From an uncultured Candidatus Saccharibacteria bacterium (GTDB taxonomy: Bacteria; Patescibacteriota; UBA1384; JACPKC01), in the NCBI GenBank assembly GCA_964423885.1, contig CAYRGD010000001.1:160660-224659 (forward strand): a stretch of DNA of 64,000 nt. The letters run 5' to 3'. Every line of letters begins with the position of its first letter. Position 1 is the first letter of the stretch. Under the pieces are notes generated by a model. It was not told the origin of the DNA, did no database searches, and saw only the letters and a program-made list of their open reading frames with translations. The translations under genes and the position numbers were made by a program. Below, one piece after another: positions 48,061 to 57,496 of the stretch.

Positions 48061-49458
48061 TCAGTCTTTCTTCCGGTTATCTGCGACCCGAAGGTGCAGT
48101 TCAGTGAGCTGTTTGTCGGTAAGCGGGCTCGGCGCGTCCATAACCGCAGTCCTCCCTCCCGAGGTCATCGGGAATGCGACGACTTCACGCAGGTAGGCCT
48201 CGTCCGCAATGTTCATGATATTCCGCTCGACGCCTAGGGCGATGCCGCCGTGCGGCGGTGCGCCGTAGGAAAAGGCTTTCAGCATGTGGCCGACCGATGC
48301 CTCAATCTCCTCGTCGCTGTACCCCATGATTTTGTATGTGGCCCGGAGTACGTCGGGGTCATGGGCCCGGATGCTGCCGCCTCCGGCCTCGTACCCGTTG
48401 CATACCAAGTCGTACTGGCTCGTGAGGATTTGCTCCACGTTCGTTCCTGCTTTGTGGTCGTCAAGGAACCGGGGCAGCGGCTGCGAGAAGGGGTTGTGCG
48501 TAAAGGTCCACGCGCCGGTATCGGTACGTTCAAAGAAGGGGAAGTCGACTACCCAGGCATAGGCAAGGATTCCGTCCCGCTTGTCTTCGTCGGTCCGGAG
48601 ATCGAACTTGTCAGCCCCGAATTGTTCCATCGCTTGGGCATACGTGAGCCTTGGGAATGGTACCTGCTTGATCCGTTTCCCCATCCCTTCCGCGATCGTG
48701 ATAATCATGGATTCGATCGTTTGTAGGACATCTTCCTGTTTGACGAAGCTCATCTCGATATCGATCTGCGTATGCTCGAATCCGCGGTCGGCTCGCAAGT
48801 CTTCGTCACGGATTGCCCGTGCGATCTGGAAGTACCGGTCGAGTCCCCCGACCATCAACAGCTGTTTGTACTGCTGCGGGCTTTGCGGCAACGCGTAGAA
48901 CTTGCCGGGCTGGAGACGCGACGGCACCACGAAGTCGCGTGAGCCTTCAGCAGTGGATTTCGTGAGTAATGGCGTCTCGATTTCGACGAACTGCTGGTCG
49001 AAAAGGAACTCACGTGCCCGCCGGACGAACTCGCTCCGCGCGACAATGTTCGCCGTCATGCGTTCCGAGCGCAGGTCAAGGTACCGGTATTGCAAGCGGC
49101 GCTCTTCATCGACAGGCGACGTGTCTTGGTCGATCGGGAACGGCGGAGTTTCCGAGCGGCTGATGACGTTGATCGTGTCCGCCTGCAATTCCACGGTACC
49201 GCTCACGATCGTAGGATTAATAAGCCGTTCCGGGCGCTTCGCCACGGTTCCCGTGACGGCGACGACCCATTCGGGCCGGATTTCCTTGAGCTCCGCCGTG
49301 GCGGCTTCGGTCGCCACGACTTGCAGCAGACCCCAACGGTCGCGCAGGTCGAAGAACGTGATCTTGCCGTGGTCACGACGGGAATGGATCCATCCGTACA
49401 CGGTTACGGACTCCCCTGCCTTGGCGGTTACTTCGTGCGTTCGTGTGCGGTCGGTCAT
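48061..49458 (-). CDS. aspS: Aspartate--tRNA ligase, short form lacking the bacterial GAD insertion
   Basis: OB-fold anticodon-binding N-terminus and class II motifs (FFDLRDR, RDEDLRADR, GGGSIRAHD). Only ~15 aa between ...FGADKFDLR and ...WVVDFPFF, where bacterial AspRS carries a ~130-aa GAD domain. 465 aa. Confidence 0.85.
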   Translation of the reverse strand: MTDRTRTHEVTAKAGESVTVYGWIHSRRDHGKITFFDLRDRWGLLQVVATEAATAELKEIRPEWVVAVTGTVAKRPERLINPTIVSGTVELQADTINVISRSETPPFPIDQDTSPVDEERRLQYRYLDLRSERMTANIVARSEFVRRAREFLFDQQFVEIETPLLTKSTAEGSRDFVVPSRLQPGKFYALPQSPQQYKQLLMVGGLDRYFQIARAIRDEDLRADRGFEHTQIDIEMSFVKQEDVLQTIESMIITIAEGMGKRIKQVPFPRLTYAQAMEQFGADKFDLRTDEDKRDGILAYAWVVDFPFFERTDTGAWTFTHNPFSQPLPRFLDDHKAGTNVEQILTSQYDLVCNGYEAGGGSIRAHDPDVLRATYKIMGYSDEEIEASVGHMLKAFSYGAPPHGGIALGVERNIMNIADEAYLREVVAFPMTSGGRTAVMDAPSPLTDKQLTELHLRVADNRKKD

Positions 49459-49477
49459 GGTATAGCCTTTCTTTTGG

Positions 49478-51451
49478 TCAGCGGATCGTTGCGCCGAACT
49501 CACGTTCGAGCACATGTGCCATACGGTGTTCGATCTGTTCGATCTCGGTAAGTTCGAGCGTCCGCTCCGGGCTCGAAAACAGGATATGGAACGACAGACT
49601 CTTCTTTCCTTCCCCTAATTTCGGCGAGACGAATTCGTCGAAAAGCGTTACGTCTTCTACGAACGGATGCGATGCGACGAGGTATGCTCGGACCGTTTCG
49701 GGCGGTGTCTCGGTCGGGACAAGCAGCGACAGGTCGCGGGTAACCGGCGGGAACTTGGAGATCGGTCGGTATTGCCGCGGCATTCCTGGTAGTGCGAACG
49801 TGGCCGGTATCCGCCGGGCGGTTTTGAGCGTTTTGATCGGGATCTCGGCAAGATACGCTGGTAAATTCCGGATCCGGTACTGCTGCGCAGCCTCGTTTCC
49901 AACGGCGACATTGTGGAGTGCGGCTGTCAGTTCTGACGAATCCAATCCGAGGGTATCTGCGATCCGGGCGGTCCAGGTTTCGAGCGGTTCCTTCTGGTTC
50001 GCGATTGCAAGCCCGAGCTGCAGGTGTTCCGAGGTTTTCGTGAAGACATGGCCGATCTCGAACAGCAGGATCGGGTCGTAGTATCCATTCTTACCGACGG
50101 CACCTGCCAAGCCTGGCAAGAGCGACGGGCGGAGGAAGCGGAGTTGCGGATTCAGCGGATTCGCGAGCTCGCCTGTATCGGGCAATGCGAACCTATCCAG
50201 ATCCTGCTTGCCGATGAAGCTGTACGTGAGTACTTCGGAAAACCCGAGCTCGACGAGACAATCCTTTAGGCCTTCCACCCAGACCGTGTCGGACACCGCA
50301 CCCTCGTGGGGCTTGGTCGCAGGTAGGCGCGCTGCATCGATGCCGGTGTCGAGTCCGGTCAGCCGGGCGATTTCTTCGGCGCAATCCTGCCAGATCGTGA
50401 GGTCGGAGCGCCACGGCGGCGGGGTGACGGCAAACGGTGTATCCGGCGTGTCGCCGATTTGGCAGCCGAGCCGCTCGAGCAGGCGCTGCTGTGCTGCCCG
50501 GGTTATAGTGGCGCCGATCAGGCTTCGTACGCGCTTGTCGTCTACGTTGATCGACAGCTTGTCCGCAGGCGCTGTCCGGATAATGAGCTTGCCGATAGCT
50601 TTGGCGTGACCGAATTCCGGTTTCGATAAGAGCTCGACCGCCTGGTGTAATACCGGAAGACTGAGCGTGGGGTCGACGCCGCGTGCATACCGGTACGACG
50701 CGTCGGTGCCATGCTTCGCTGCCCGCATGGAGGCGCGGATCGCTGCTGGCTTGAACAGGGCGGACTGCAGCAGGATCCGGGTCGTCCGGTTGCTGACGGC
50801 TGTGTTGGCGCCTCCTTGGATACCGGCCAGGTCGACGACTGCCTTCGCGTCGGCGGCGACCAATGCGTCCGTACCGGGTGTCCGTTCGGTGCCGTCGAAC
50901 GTTGTCAGCGCTTCACCGTCATGGGCGTGGCGTATGGTGATCGTGCCGCCCACGATCGCGTCGGCGTCGAACGCATGGAGCGGCTGTCCGTAGAGCTCCA
51001 TGAGGTAGTTCGTCATATCCACGACGTTGTTGATCGGGCGCAGGCCGAACGACACGAGCGCGTCCGCGAGCCAAGGCGGGCTCGGCTGCACGGCCACGTT
51101 GTCGAGCAGTACGGCATGGTATTGGGTACAATCGTCGGTCTCGACGGTGATTGTTGGCTGCGACAGCTCGTCGAGCCGGTCGATCTGCGCCTGGTCGATA
51201 AGCCGCAAGACCGGACGGATGGCATCCGCAGGCGCGTCGGCGTCCAGTTTCGCTTGGAGGTCGCGGGCTACACCGAGGACGGACAGCGCATCGCCCCGGT
51301 TTGGCGTGACCTTGAGTTCGTAGACAGGCTGCTCGCCGGCTAAGAGCTCGGTTTCGAGGCCGAGTCGGTTGAGCTCGCCAGCGATCCGCTCCGGCGCGAG
51401 ACCGGCGAGTTCTGGCACGAAGGTTATCAAATCGCGGTGCGGTACCCTCAT
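49478..51451 (-). CDS. pheT: Phenylalanine--tRNA ligase beta subunit (short, no N-terminal tRNA-binding domain)
   Basis: B3/B4, B5 and class II-like C-terminal domains; 657 aa versus ~800 typical. Confidence 0.85.
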   Translation of the reverse strand: MRVPHRDLITFVPELAGLAPERIAGELNRLGLETELLAGEQPVYELKVTPNRGDALSVLGVARDLQAKLDADAPADAIRPVLRLIDQAQIDRLDELSQPTITVETDDCTQYHAVLLDNVAVQPSPPWLADALVSFGLRPINNVVDMTNYLMELYGQPLHAFDADAIVGGTITIRHAHDGEALTTFDGTERTPGTDALVAADAKAVVDLAGIQGGANTAVSNRTTRILLQSALFKPAAIRASMRAAKHGTDASYRYARGVDPTLSLPVLHQAVELLSKPEFGHAKAIGKLIIRTAPADKLSINVDDKRVRSLIGATITRAAQQRLLERLGCQIGDTPDTPFAVTPPPWRSDLTIWQDCAEEIARLTGLDTGIDAARLPATKPHEGAVSDTVWVEGLKDCLVELGFSEVLTYSFIGKQDLDRFALPDTGELANPLNPQLRFLRPSLLPGLAGAVGKNGYYDPILLFEIGHVFTKTSEHLQLGLAIANQKEPLETWTARIADTLGLDSSELTAALHNVAVGNEAAQQYRIRNLPAYLAEIPIKTLKTARRIPATFALPGMPRQYRPISKFPPVTRDLSLLVPTETPPETVRAYLVASHPFVEDVTLFDEFVSPKLGEGKKSLSFHILFSSPERTLELTEIEQIEHRMAHVLEREFGATIR

Positions 51452-52146
51452 GCATCCCCCTTGAACTGATTGAGGAACCGGAGACTGCCGCCGTAAAACT
51501 GACGGACGTCGTCGACGCCGTGGGCCATCATGGCGAAGCGGTCGATACCCATGCCGAACGCGAAGCCCTGAACTGTGTTCGGGTCAAGGCCCATCCGCTC
51601 AAGGACGCCCGGATGGATCATCCCTGCGCCGAGCATTTCGACCCAGGCACCTTTGATGCGGGCATGCATTTCGAGCCCCGGCTCGACGAACGGGAAGTAG
51701 GCAGGTACGAATAACGTTTCGGTGTCCGACCCGTACATATGGCTGATAAAGTCGGTCAGCATGCCTTTCAGCTCGGCCAGCGAAACCGATTCGCCGACGA
51801 CCAACCCTTCAAGTTGGAAGAAATTGGTTTCGTGCGTGGCATCGGTTGCTTCGTTGCGGAACACGCGTCCGGGAATGACCAGGCGAACCGGTGGTGTCCG
51901 GCCTTTCATGGCCGGGATCTGGTAGGCAGAGGTGTGCGTGCGGGGTAGCCGGCCATCCGTGAGCCAGAACGTGTCGTGCATCGTCCGGGCCGGATGGTCG
52001 GCAGGGATGCGTAGGTCGTCGAAATTATGCCGTTCGGTCGTGATTTCGGGGCTGTCCACGACCTCGAACCCCCGCTCGAGGAAGAAGGCTAGGCTGCGGC
52101 GCATGTACTGCGTGATCGGATGGAGCGAACCCTGGCGTACGGTCAT
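51448..52146 (-). CDS. pheS: Phenylalanine--tRNA ligase alpha subunit (catalytic core only)
   Basis: Class II motifs 1-3 (FWLTDGRLPRTHTSAYQ; FRNEATDATHETNFFQLEG; GFAFGMGIDRFAMM). Start trimmed to ATG 52146 after GGTAGGAGC. The frame is closed upstream, so the N-terminal coiled-coil arm is absent. Confidence 0.8.
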   Translation of the reverse strand: MTVRQGSLHPITQYMRRSLAFFLERGFEVVDSPEITTERHNFDDLRIPADHPARTMHDTFWLTDGRLPRTHTSAYQIPAMKGRTPPVRLVIPGRVFRNEATDATHETNFFQLEGLVVGESVSLAELKGMLTDFISHMYGSDTETLFVPAYFPFVEPGLEMHARIKGAWVEMLGAGMIHPGVLERMGLDPNTVQGFAFGMGIDRFAMMAHGVDDVRQFYGGSLRFLNQFKGDA

Positions 52147-52532
52147 GCTTCGGCTCCTACCGGTTGCCTGCGCAAACTCACCGCGACCTCGGCCGAGACG
52201 GCGGCAACGCATAACAGTGCGGTCTCCCACCCGTTGAGATTGGTATAGATGCGCAACAGTGCCCAGACGAGTAAAAATACGGCAAGCTCGATGCCTTGCC
52301 GGACTGCTTGGGAGACGCCGCGGGAATCAGGGAACCGCCGTGCCGCAGCCCGGCGCAGTTCGATGCCGAGGAACGCGAAGAACGAGCCGGCGGCCAAGAC
52401 GAAGCCCGATCCGACACTCGCGTACGCGATCGTATCCGCGGCTGACTGCGGCGTGGTCATGAGTACCCAGAGGACCAAGATCGATCCCAGGAGCAAGCCC
52501 GATGCTAGCCATGCGTAGACAGAGCGGTTCAT
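52143..52532 (-). CDS. Small hypothetical membrane protein (4 predicted TM helices)
   Basis: 129 aa, hydrophobic; ATGA overlap with pheS start. Confidence 0.4.
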   Translation of the reverse strand: MNRSVYAWLASGLLLGSILVLWVLMTTPQSAADTIAYASVGSGFVLAAGSFFAFLGIELRRAAARRFPDSRGVSQAVRQGIELAVFLLVWALLRIYTNLNGWETALLCVAAVSAEVAVSLRRQPVGAEA

Positions 52533-52858
52533 GGCAGCGAATCGAGGATCCGTTCGACCTCGACGATATTTCCGCCACGGTCGTCGGCCACGAACCGGAG
52601 ATTTGGGATGATCTTGAAATCAAGCAACGGCTTTAACCGGTGACGGATGGCGCCGGCGCGCGCGTTCAGGGTATCAACGTGCCCTGGCAGCCCTGCAACT
52701 GCAGTGACGTACACGCGGGCGTCTTTGAGGTCGCGCGTCGTGGTGACGGAGGTCAGCGTGACAAGATCGTTACCGCCGTCGAGCTCGCTGCGGACGATGT
52801 CGGACAGGAGCCGAAGGAGATACGCATTCACCCGATCCATGCGATCGACTGGTTTCAT
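52529..52858 (-). CDS. rbfA: Ribosome-binding factor A
   Basis: KH-like fold motifs RVNAYLLRLLSDIV and VTLTSVTTTRDLKDARVYV. Confidence 0.8.
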   Translation of the reverse strand: MKPVDRMDRVNAYLLRLLSDIVRSELDGGNDLVTLTSVTTTRDLKDARVYVTAVAGLPGHVDTLNARAGAIRHRLKPLLDFKIIPNLRFVADDRGGNIVEVERILDSLP

Positions 52859-52879
52859 GCGTATGATTCTAGCGGGTGT

Positions 52880-53254
52880 TTAGCGCTTTGCCCACTGCGG
52901 TGCACGGCGTGCACGCTTGAGACCCGGCTTCTTGCGTTCTTTTTCGCGCGGGTCGCGGGTAAGAAAGCCAGCTTGCTTCAGGACTTTCTTCGCTTCCGGC
53001 TTATAGGTGATTACCGCCCGGGCGATACCGTGTCGGATGGCGCCCAATTGGCCGGTGACGCCGCCGCCGATCACCTTGGCCGTGATGTCCACTTTACCGA
53101 TAAGCCCTGCGAGTTCCAGCGGTGCGAGCACGCTGCTGTGCGGCGATTCGACGGTTTGCCCGTTGACGACCAGCGACCCCTTGCCCTCGGTCATACGGAT
53201 GCGTGCGACAGCCCGCTTGCGGCGGCCGACGGTCGCGATACGTTCGCTGCTCAT
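52880..53254 (-). CDS. rpsI: 30S ribosomal protein S9
   Basis: GGGVTGQLGAIRHGIARAV and C-terminal ...RAPQWAKR. Confidence 0.9.
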   Translation of the reverse strand: MSSERIATVGRRKRAVARIRMTEGKGSLVVNGQTVESPHSSVLAPLELAGLIGKVDITAKVIGGGVTGQLGAIRHGIARAVITYKPEAKKVLKQAGFLTRDPREKERKKPGLKRARRAPQWAKR

Positions 53255-53658
53255 GCCTGCTCCTTCGCGGTTTCGGGCGCGGCTGCGCCATGGATCGTAA
53301 GCCGGCGCATCAGTTCCCTGCGCAGCCGGTTTTTCGGCAACATGTTGTAGACCGCCATCTCGATCACCTGCTCCGGCTTGGTGGCCATGAGGTCTTTTAG
53401 GCTGACTTCGCGCATACTACCCAAGTATCCGCTATGCCGGCGGTATACCTTTTGGTCGAGCTTCTTGCCGGTGACCGCGACATTCGCGGCGTTGATGACA
53501 ACGACCCGGTCGCCCTCGATCCGGTGCGGCGCGAACGTCGGTTTGTCTTTCCCACGGAGCGCCGTGGCGATTTCAGTCGCGATACGGCCGAGGACCTTGC
53601 CGCCTGCGTCGATCGTCCGGACGGTGTCGGTGGCGGGGAGATAGGTTTTCTTCTTCAT
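53251..53658 (-). CDS. rplM: 50S ribosomal protein L13
   Basis: GKVLGRIATEIATALRGK, NMLPKNRL. Confidence 0.9.
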   Translation of the reverse strand: MKKKTYLPATDTVRTIDAGGKVLGRIATEIATALRGKDKPTFAPHRIEGDRVVVINAANVAVTGKKLDQKVYRRHSGYLGSMREVSLKDLMATKPEQVIEMAVYNMLPKNRLRRELMRRLTIHGAAAPETAKEQA

Positions 53659-54122
53659 GCTGCTGCCTTTGCCGGTGCGGCCTTCTTGGGAGCCGGCGCT
53701 GTGCTTCCGGCGGTACGGTCTACAGCCTTGGTCTTCGCCGGTTTGTCGTCATCGGTTTTCGGCGGGTCGACGAAGGTGATCATCGAGGTTTCGGCCGCGT
53801 CGCCCTTGCGCATCCCGATCTTATAGAGACGGGTGTAGCCGCCGGCGCGGTCGCCGACACGCGACACGACGTTGTCGATCAAGATGCGTACCGCCGACGC
53901 ATTGCGGAGTTCCGCGACGAGCAGCCGGTGCAGCGCCAGTTTCGCGGCGCCGTTCGCACGGGCTGCTTTGCGTCCGGCGGTGATCCATCGTTCGACGATC
54001 GGACGGAGCGCTTTGGCTTTCGTCGTCGTGGTAGTCACATGGCCGTGCTCGATGAGCGAGATGCCCATCGTGGTGAGCATATGACGTTCTTTGTCGCGGA
54101 TGCGGCGGAACAGCAGTGCCAT
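53655..54122 (-). CDS. rplQ: 50S ribosomal protein L17
   Basis: HRKAML-like segment, GGYTRLYKIGMRKGD, Ala/Lys-rich tail. Confidence 0.85.
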   Translation of the reverse strand: MALLFRRIRDKERHMLTTMGISLIEHGHVTTTTTKAKALRPIVERWITAGRKAARANGAAKLALHRLLVAELRNASAVRILIDNVVSRVGDRAGGYTRLYKIGMRKGDAAETSMITFVDPPKTDDDKPAKTKAVDRTAGSTAPAPKKAAPAKAAA

Positions 54123-54125
54123 GGT

Positions 54126-54911
54126 TTACTCCGCCTGCTCCGGCTCGTCGGCAACGGCCTTCTTCGAAGTGCGCTTCTTGGCAGCCTTCTTCGGTTCCCC
54201 GTCCGTGGTCTGCGCGGCTGCCTGGGCCGCATCGCGAACGATACCGAAGTGCTCGACCAAGATCTGCGACGCCTTGCCCACGGCCTCGGCCGGCGAGACG
54301 GTGCCGTCAGTGGTGAGTTCGAGTGTCAGCTTGTCGTAGTCGGTCTGGCCGCCGACGCGGGTGTGCTCGACATCATAGTGGACCCGCTTGATCGGACTGA
54401 AGATCGAGTCGACCGCGATCGTGCCGAGCGGCAGCTTTTCGTTACCCTTGCGTTCGGTCGGAACGTAGCCGCGGCCGCGTTCGACCGTTACTTCCATCGA
54501 CAGTTTGCCGTTCTTGTCGAGCGTCGCCAGGTGATGGTCGGGATCGGCGATCGTGACATCGGCGTTCGGCGCGAAGTCGGCAGCGGTTACGGCGCCCGGC
54601 CCCTTCTTGTCGAGGCGGATTACCACCGACTCGTCGGATTCGGAGCGGACGCGGAGCGATTTGAGGTTCAGGATAAGCTCGACAATGTCTTCTTTCATAC
54701 CCTTGAGCGTCGTGAACTCATGGTCGGCGCCGTTGATCTTCACGTACGAGACGGCCGCGCCTTCGAGCGAGGTCAGCAGGACGCGGCGCAGGGAATGGCC
54801 GAGCGTCATGCCGTAGCCGGGAGCCAACGGCTCGATCACGAAGGTCGAGACCCGTTCAGAGCTCGGCTGTTCGGTGATCGTCATCCGTTCGGTGTCAGGC
54901 AGGATATACAT
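54126..54911 (-). CDS. rpoA: DNA-directed RNA polymerase alpha subunit, N-terminal domain only (no alpha-CTD)
   Basis: Start trimmed to ATG 54911 with a consensus AAGGAGCGTT-ATG RBS. NTD motifs EPLAPGYGMTLGHSLRRVLL. The protein ends right after the NTD (ILVEHFGIV) with a 35-aa Lys/Ala-rich tail. 261 aa. Confidence 0.85.
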   Translation of the reverse strand: MYILPDTERMTITEQPSSERVSTFVIEPLAPGYGMTLGHSLRRVLLTSLEGAAVSYVKINGADHEFTTLKGMKEDIVELILNLKSLRVRSESDESVVIRLDKKGPGAVTAADFAPNADVTIADPDHHLATLDKNGKLSMEVTVERGRGYVPTERKGNEKLPLGTIAVDSIFSPIKRVHYDVEHTRVGGQTDYDKLTLELTTDGTVSPAEAVGKASQILVEHFGIVRDAAQAAAQTTDGEPKKAAKKRTSKKAVADEPEQAE

Positions 54912-54924
54912 AACGCTCCTTGGC

Positions 54925-55530
54925 TTATCGCGAGTAGAACTCAATGATCAGCTGCTCTTCGAGGTCGGTGCCGATCTCGTCGCGGCTCGGAACCGACAGG
55001 ATCTCGCCCTTGAGGGCGGTCTTGCTTTCAGGCCGCAGCCAGACCGGCATGTCGTTGGTGCTCGGCTTGCGGGCGATCTTGGTCAACTCGATCACCTGAT
55101 TGGGCGCCATCTGCATCGACGGGATCGTGGCTTTCTTGCCATCTACCTTGACCAAGCCGTGCGTGACGTACTGGCGAGCCTGGCGGCGGGTATCAGCGAA
55201 GCCGAGCCGGTACACGACATTGTCGAGCCGGAGCTCAAGCAGCTGGAGCAGGCGCTCGCCGCTGTTGCCGGAGCTGCGCTGGGCCAAACTGTAGTAACGG
55301 CGGAACTGCTTTTCGAGCATGCCGTAGATCGCTTTCGCCTTCTGCTTTTCGAGCAGCTGACGGCCATATTCCGAACGTTTGCCCGGGCGGCGGCTCTGGC
55401 CATGTTGTCCCGGCGCGTAGCCGCGCTTCGTGAACGAGCTCTTCGGCCCAAGGCTGCGCTCCCCCTTCAGGAAGAGGTTGACGCCAGCGCGTCGGCTCAA
55501 TCGTTCGGTCGGTCCTGTGTAGCGTGCCAT
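54925..55530 (-). CDS. rpsD: 30S ribosomal protein S4
   Basis: MARYTGPTERLSRRAGVNLFLKGER; S4 RNA-binding domain. Confidence 0.9.
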   Translation of the reverse strand: MARYTGPTERLSRRAGVNLFLKGERSLGPKSSFTKRGYAPGQHGQSRRPGKRSEYGRQLLEKQKAKAIYGMLEKQFRRYYSLAQRSSGNSGERLLQLLELRLDNVVYRLGFADTRRQARQYVTHGLVKVDGKKATIPSMQMAPNQVIELTKIARKPSTNDMPVWLRPESKTALKGEILSVPSRDEIGTDLEEQLIIEFYSR

Positions 55531-55545
55531 ATGGTGCTCCGATGT

Positions 55546-55920
55546 TTAGACGCGGCGCGGCTTCTTGGCGCGGACGCCATTGTGGGCGACCGGGGTGACA
55601 TCCTTCATTGAGGTAACGCGGACGCCGGTGCCACCGATCGAGCGGACTGCCTGTTCGCGGCCCGAGCCGACACCCGAGACGAAGACGGACGCTTCCTGCA
55701 GCCCCATGGCTTTGGCGCGTTCGAGCGCGTCGAGCATGGCGGTCTGGGCGGCGTACGGGGTCGCCTTGCGTGCGCCCTTGAACCCCTTGGTTCCGGCGCT
55801 CGACCAGGACAGAACGTTCCCGTCGGCATCCGTGATCGTGATGATGGTGTTGTTGAAGGTCGACTGGACGTAGATCCGGCCGGTCGTGACCTGTTTCTGG
55901 GATTTCTTTTTGGTGGCCAT
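55546..55920 (-). CDS. rpsK: 30S ribosomal protein S11
   Basis: GRIYVQSTFNNTIITITD, SSAGTKGFKGARKATPYAAQ. Confidence 0.9.
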   Translation of the reverse strand: MATKKKSQKQVTTGRIYVQSTFNNTIITITDADGNVLSWSSAGTKGFKGARKATPYAAQTAMLDALERAKAMGLQEASVFVSGVGSGREQAVRSIGGTGVRVTSMKDVTPVAHNGVRAKKPRRV

Positions 55921-55926
55921 GGCGGG

Positions 55927-56313
55927 TTATGTCTTCGCTGCTGACGGTTTGCGGCCCGAGCCGACGTTGACTCGCTTGCCGCGCTTGGTACGGGCGTTCG
56001 TTTTGGTGCGCTGGCCGCGGACCGGCAAGCGGCGGGCGTGCCTGTCGCCACGATAGGTACCGATTTCCCGCAGGCGCTTGACGTGTTGGGCGACTTTCAT
56101 GCGCAGCTCGCCCTCGACCGTATACTCGCGCTCGACGATGTCGCGGAGCTCCGACACTTCGGCTTCGGACAGCTCTTGCATCCGCCGACCCGGTTCGATA
56201 CTCGTCCGGGCAAGGATCGCGTCGGCCGCGCTCCGTCCGATGCCATGGATCGCGGTCAGGGCGATCCGGGCGGGTTTCTGGTTCGGCAATGTGACGCCGG
56301 CGATACGGGCCAT
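55927..56313 (-). CDS. rpsM: 30S ribosomal protein S13
   Basis: MARIAGVTLPNQK, GIGRSAADAI, YRGDRHARRLPVRGQRT. Confidence 0.9.
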   Translation of the reverse strand: MARIAGVTLPNQKPARIALTAIHGIGRSAADAILARTSIEPGRRMQELSEAEVSELRDIVEREYTVEGELRMKVAQHVKRLREIGTYRGDRHARRLPVRGQRTKTNARTKRGKRVNVGSGRKPSAAKT

Positions 56314-56316
56314 GGC

Positions 56317-56430
56317 TTATCCTTGTACCTGCTTATGGCGCGGGTTTTCGCAGATGATCCGTACCTTGCGGGCACGCAGGATCACCTTGCACTTCTCGCA
56401 CCGTTTCCGAACTGAAGCAGATACTTTCAT
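56317..56430 (-). CDS. rpmJ: 50S ribosomal protein L36
   Basis: Not in ORF track. [37 protein letters not shown], Zn-ribbon C-x2-C...C...H; sits between infA and rpsM as usual. Confidence 0.8.
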   Translation of the reverse strand: MKVSASVRKRCEKCKVILRARKVRIICENPRHKQVQG

Positions 56431-56678
56431 CGCCGTTCCTCGTCTCGTTGGTCGACGCTGAACCGGTAGCTGATCCGTCCGCGGGTCAGGTCGTACGGTG
56501 ACAGTTCCACCTTGACCCGGTCACCCGGCAGGATCTTGATCCGGTTCATACGGATTTTGCCTGAAATAGTCGTGAGAATAGTGAGCGCTGCCTGCCCCGT
56601 GTTGACTTCAACGCGAAACATAGCATTGGGTAACGCTTCCGTCACCATGCCCTCAAACTCGATAACGTCTTTTGCCAT
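56427..56678 (-). CDS. infA: Translation initiation factor IF-1
   Basis: [25 protein letters not shown]..., S1-like OB fold. Confidence 0.9.
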   Translation of the reverse strand: MAKDVIEFEGMVTEALPNAMFRVEVNTGQAALTILTTISGKIRMNRIKILPGDRVKVELSPYDLTRGRISYRFSVDQRDEERR

Positions 56679-56702
56679 GTCGTAATTTCAATGACTGTTG
56701 GG

Positions 56703-56732
56703 AGTATACGAAAAAGGATCTGATCGGTCAAC
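56703..56732 (-). promoter_or_regulatory. Candidate sigma70-type promoter for infA-rpmJ-rpsM...
   Basis: Minus strand: TTGACC (56732-56727), 18-nt spacer, TATACT (56708-56703), ~25 nt upstream of the infA start, in the 62-nt map-infA gap. Confidence 0.4.
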
Positions 56733-56740
56733 AGGGAACA

Positions 56741-57496
56741 TCAAGCATCCGTCCGTGTAAGGATGTCGCACCCGTGCGCTGTAACAAGGAGCGTATCCTC
56801 GCTGTGGGCTGCCCGGGATCCGTCGGCGGTCGAGATCGTCCAGCCGTCGGCCGCGGTTTCCACTTCGTCGGTGCCGCGGGTGATCATCGGTTCGAGACAG
56901 ATCGCCATGCCCGCCTCGAGTACTGGACCGGTGCCGACGCGTCCGGCATTGGGGATCGACGGCGGCTCGTGCAGGTTACGGCCGATGCCATGGCCGGTGA
57001 GCGAGGTGACATTGCCGAACCCCGAACGGTCGATTACGGCCTGGATAGCCGCCTGGACGTCGCCCAGGCGGACGCCGTCCCGGACGGCAGCGATGCCGGC
57101 CGCGAGCGCTTGCTCTGCGACGGTGGTGAGGCGACTGTCTTCGGTGTCAGCCGGAGCCAATACGACCGTTCGGGCCGCATCCGCGTTCCATCCTTGGTAG
57201 CGGACGCCGATATCGACCGATACGACGTCGCCCCGCTCGAGCGGCTGGTCATCGGGAATACCGTGAACCACTTGGTTGTTCCGTGACAGGCAGATCGTGG
57301 CCGGGTAGCCGTTGAACCCAAGAAATCCCGGCTCACCGCCCAGACGGACGATCGTGTCTTGGGCGAGCTGGTCGAGCGTCGTGCCGGTTATGCCAGGCTC
57401 GATGGCTGCCACGACCGTATCGAGCGTCGTGGCCAGGATCGCGCCGGCGCGGCGCATCGCCGCGATGTCTTCGGGTTGCTTCGCATACCTAGCCAT
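56741..57496 (-). CDS. map: Methionine aminopeptidase type I
   Basis: Metal-binding motifs DVVSVDIGV, GHGIGRNLHE, EPMITRG. Confidence 0.9.
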   Translation of the reverse strand: MARYAKQPEDIAAMRRAGAILATTLDTVVAAIEPGITGTTLDQLAQDTIVRLGGEPGFLGFNGYPATICLSRNNQVVHGIPDDQPLERGDVVSVDIGVRYQGWNADAARTVVLAPADTEDSRLTTVAEQALAAGIAAVRDGVRLGDVQAAIQAVIDRSGFGNVTSLTGHGIGRNLHEPPSIPNAGRVGTGPVLEAGMAICLEPMITRGTDEVETAADGWTISTADGSRAAHSEDTLLVTAHGCDILTRTDA

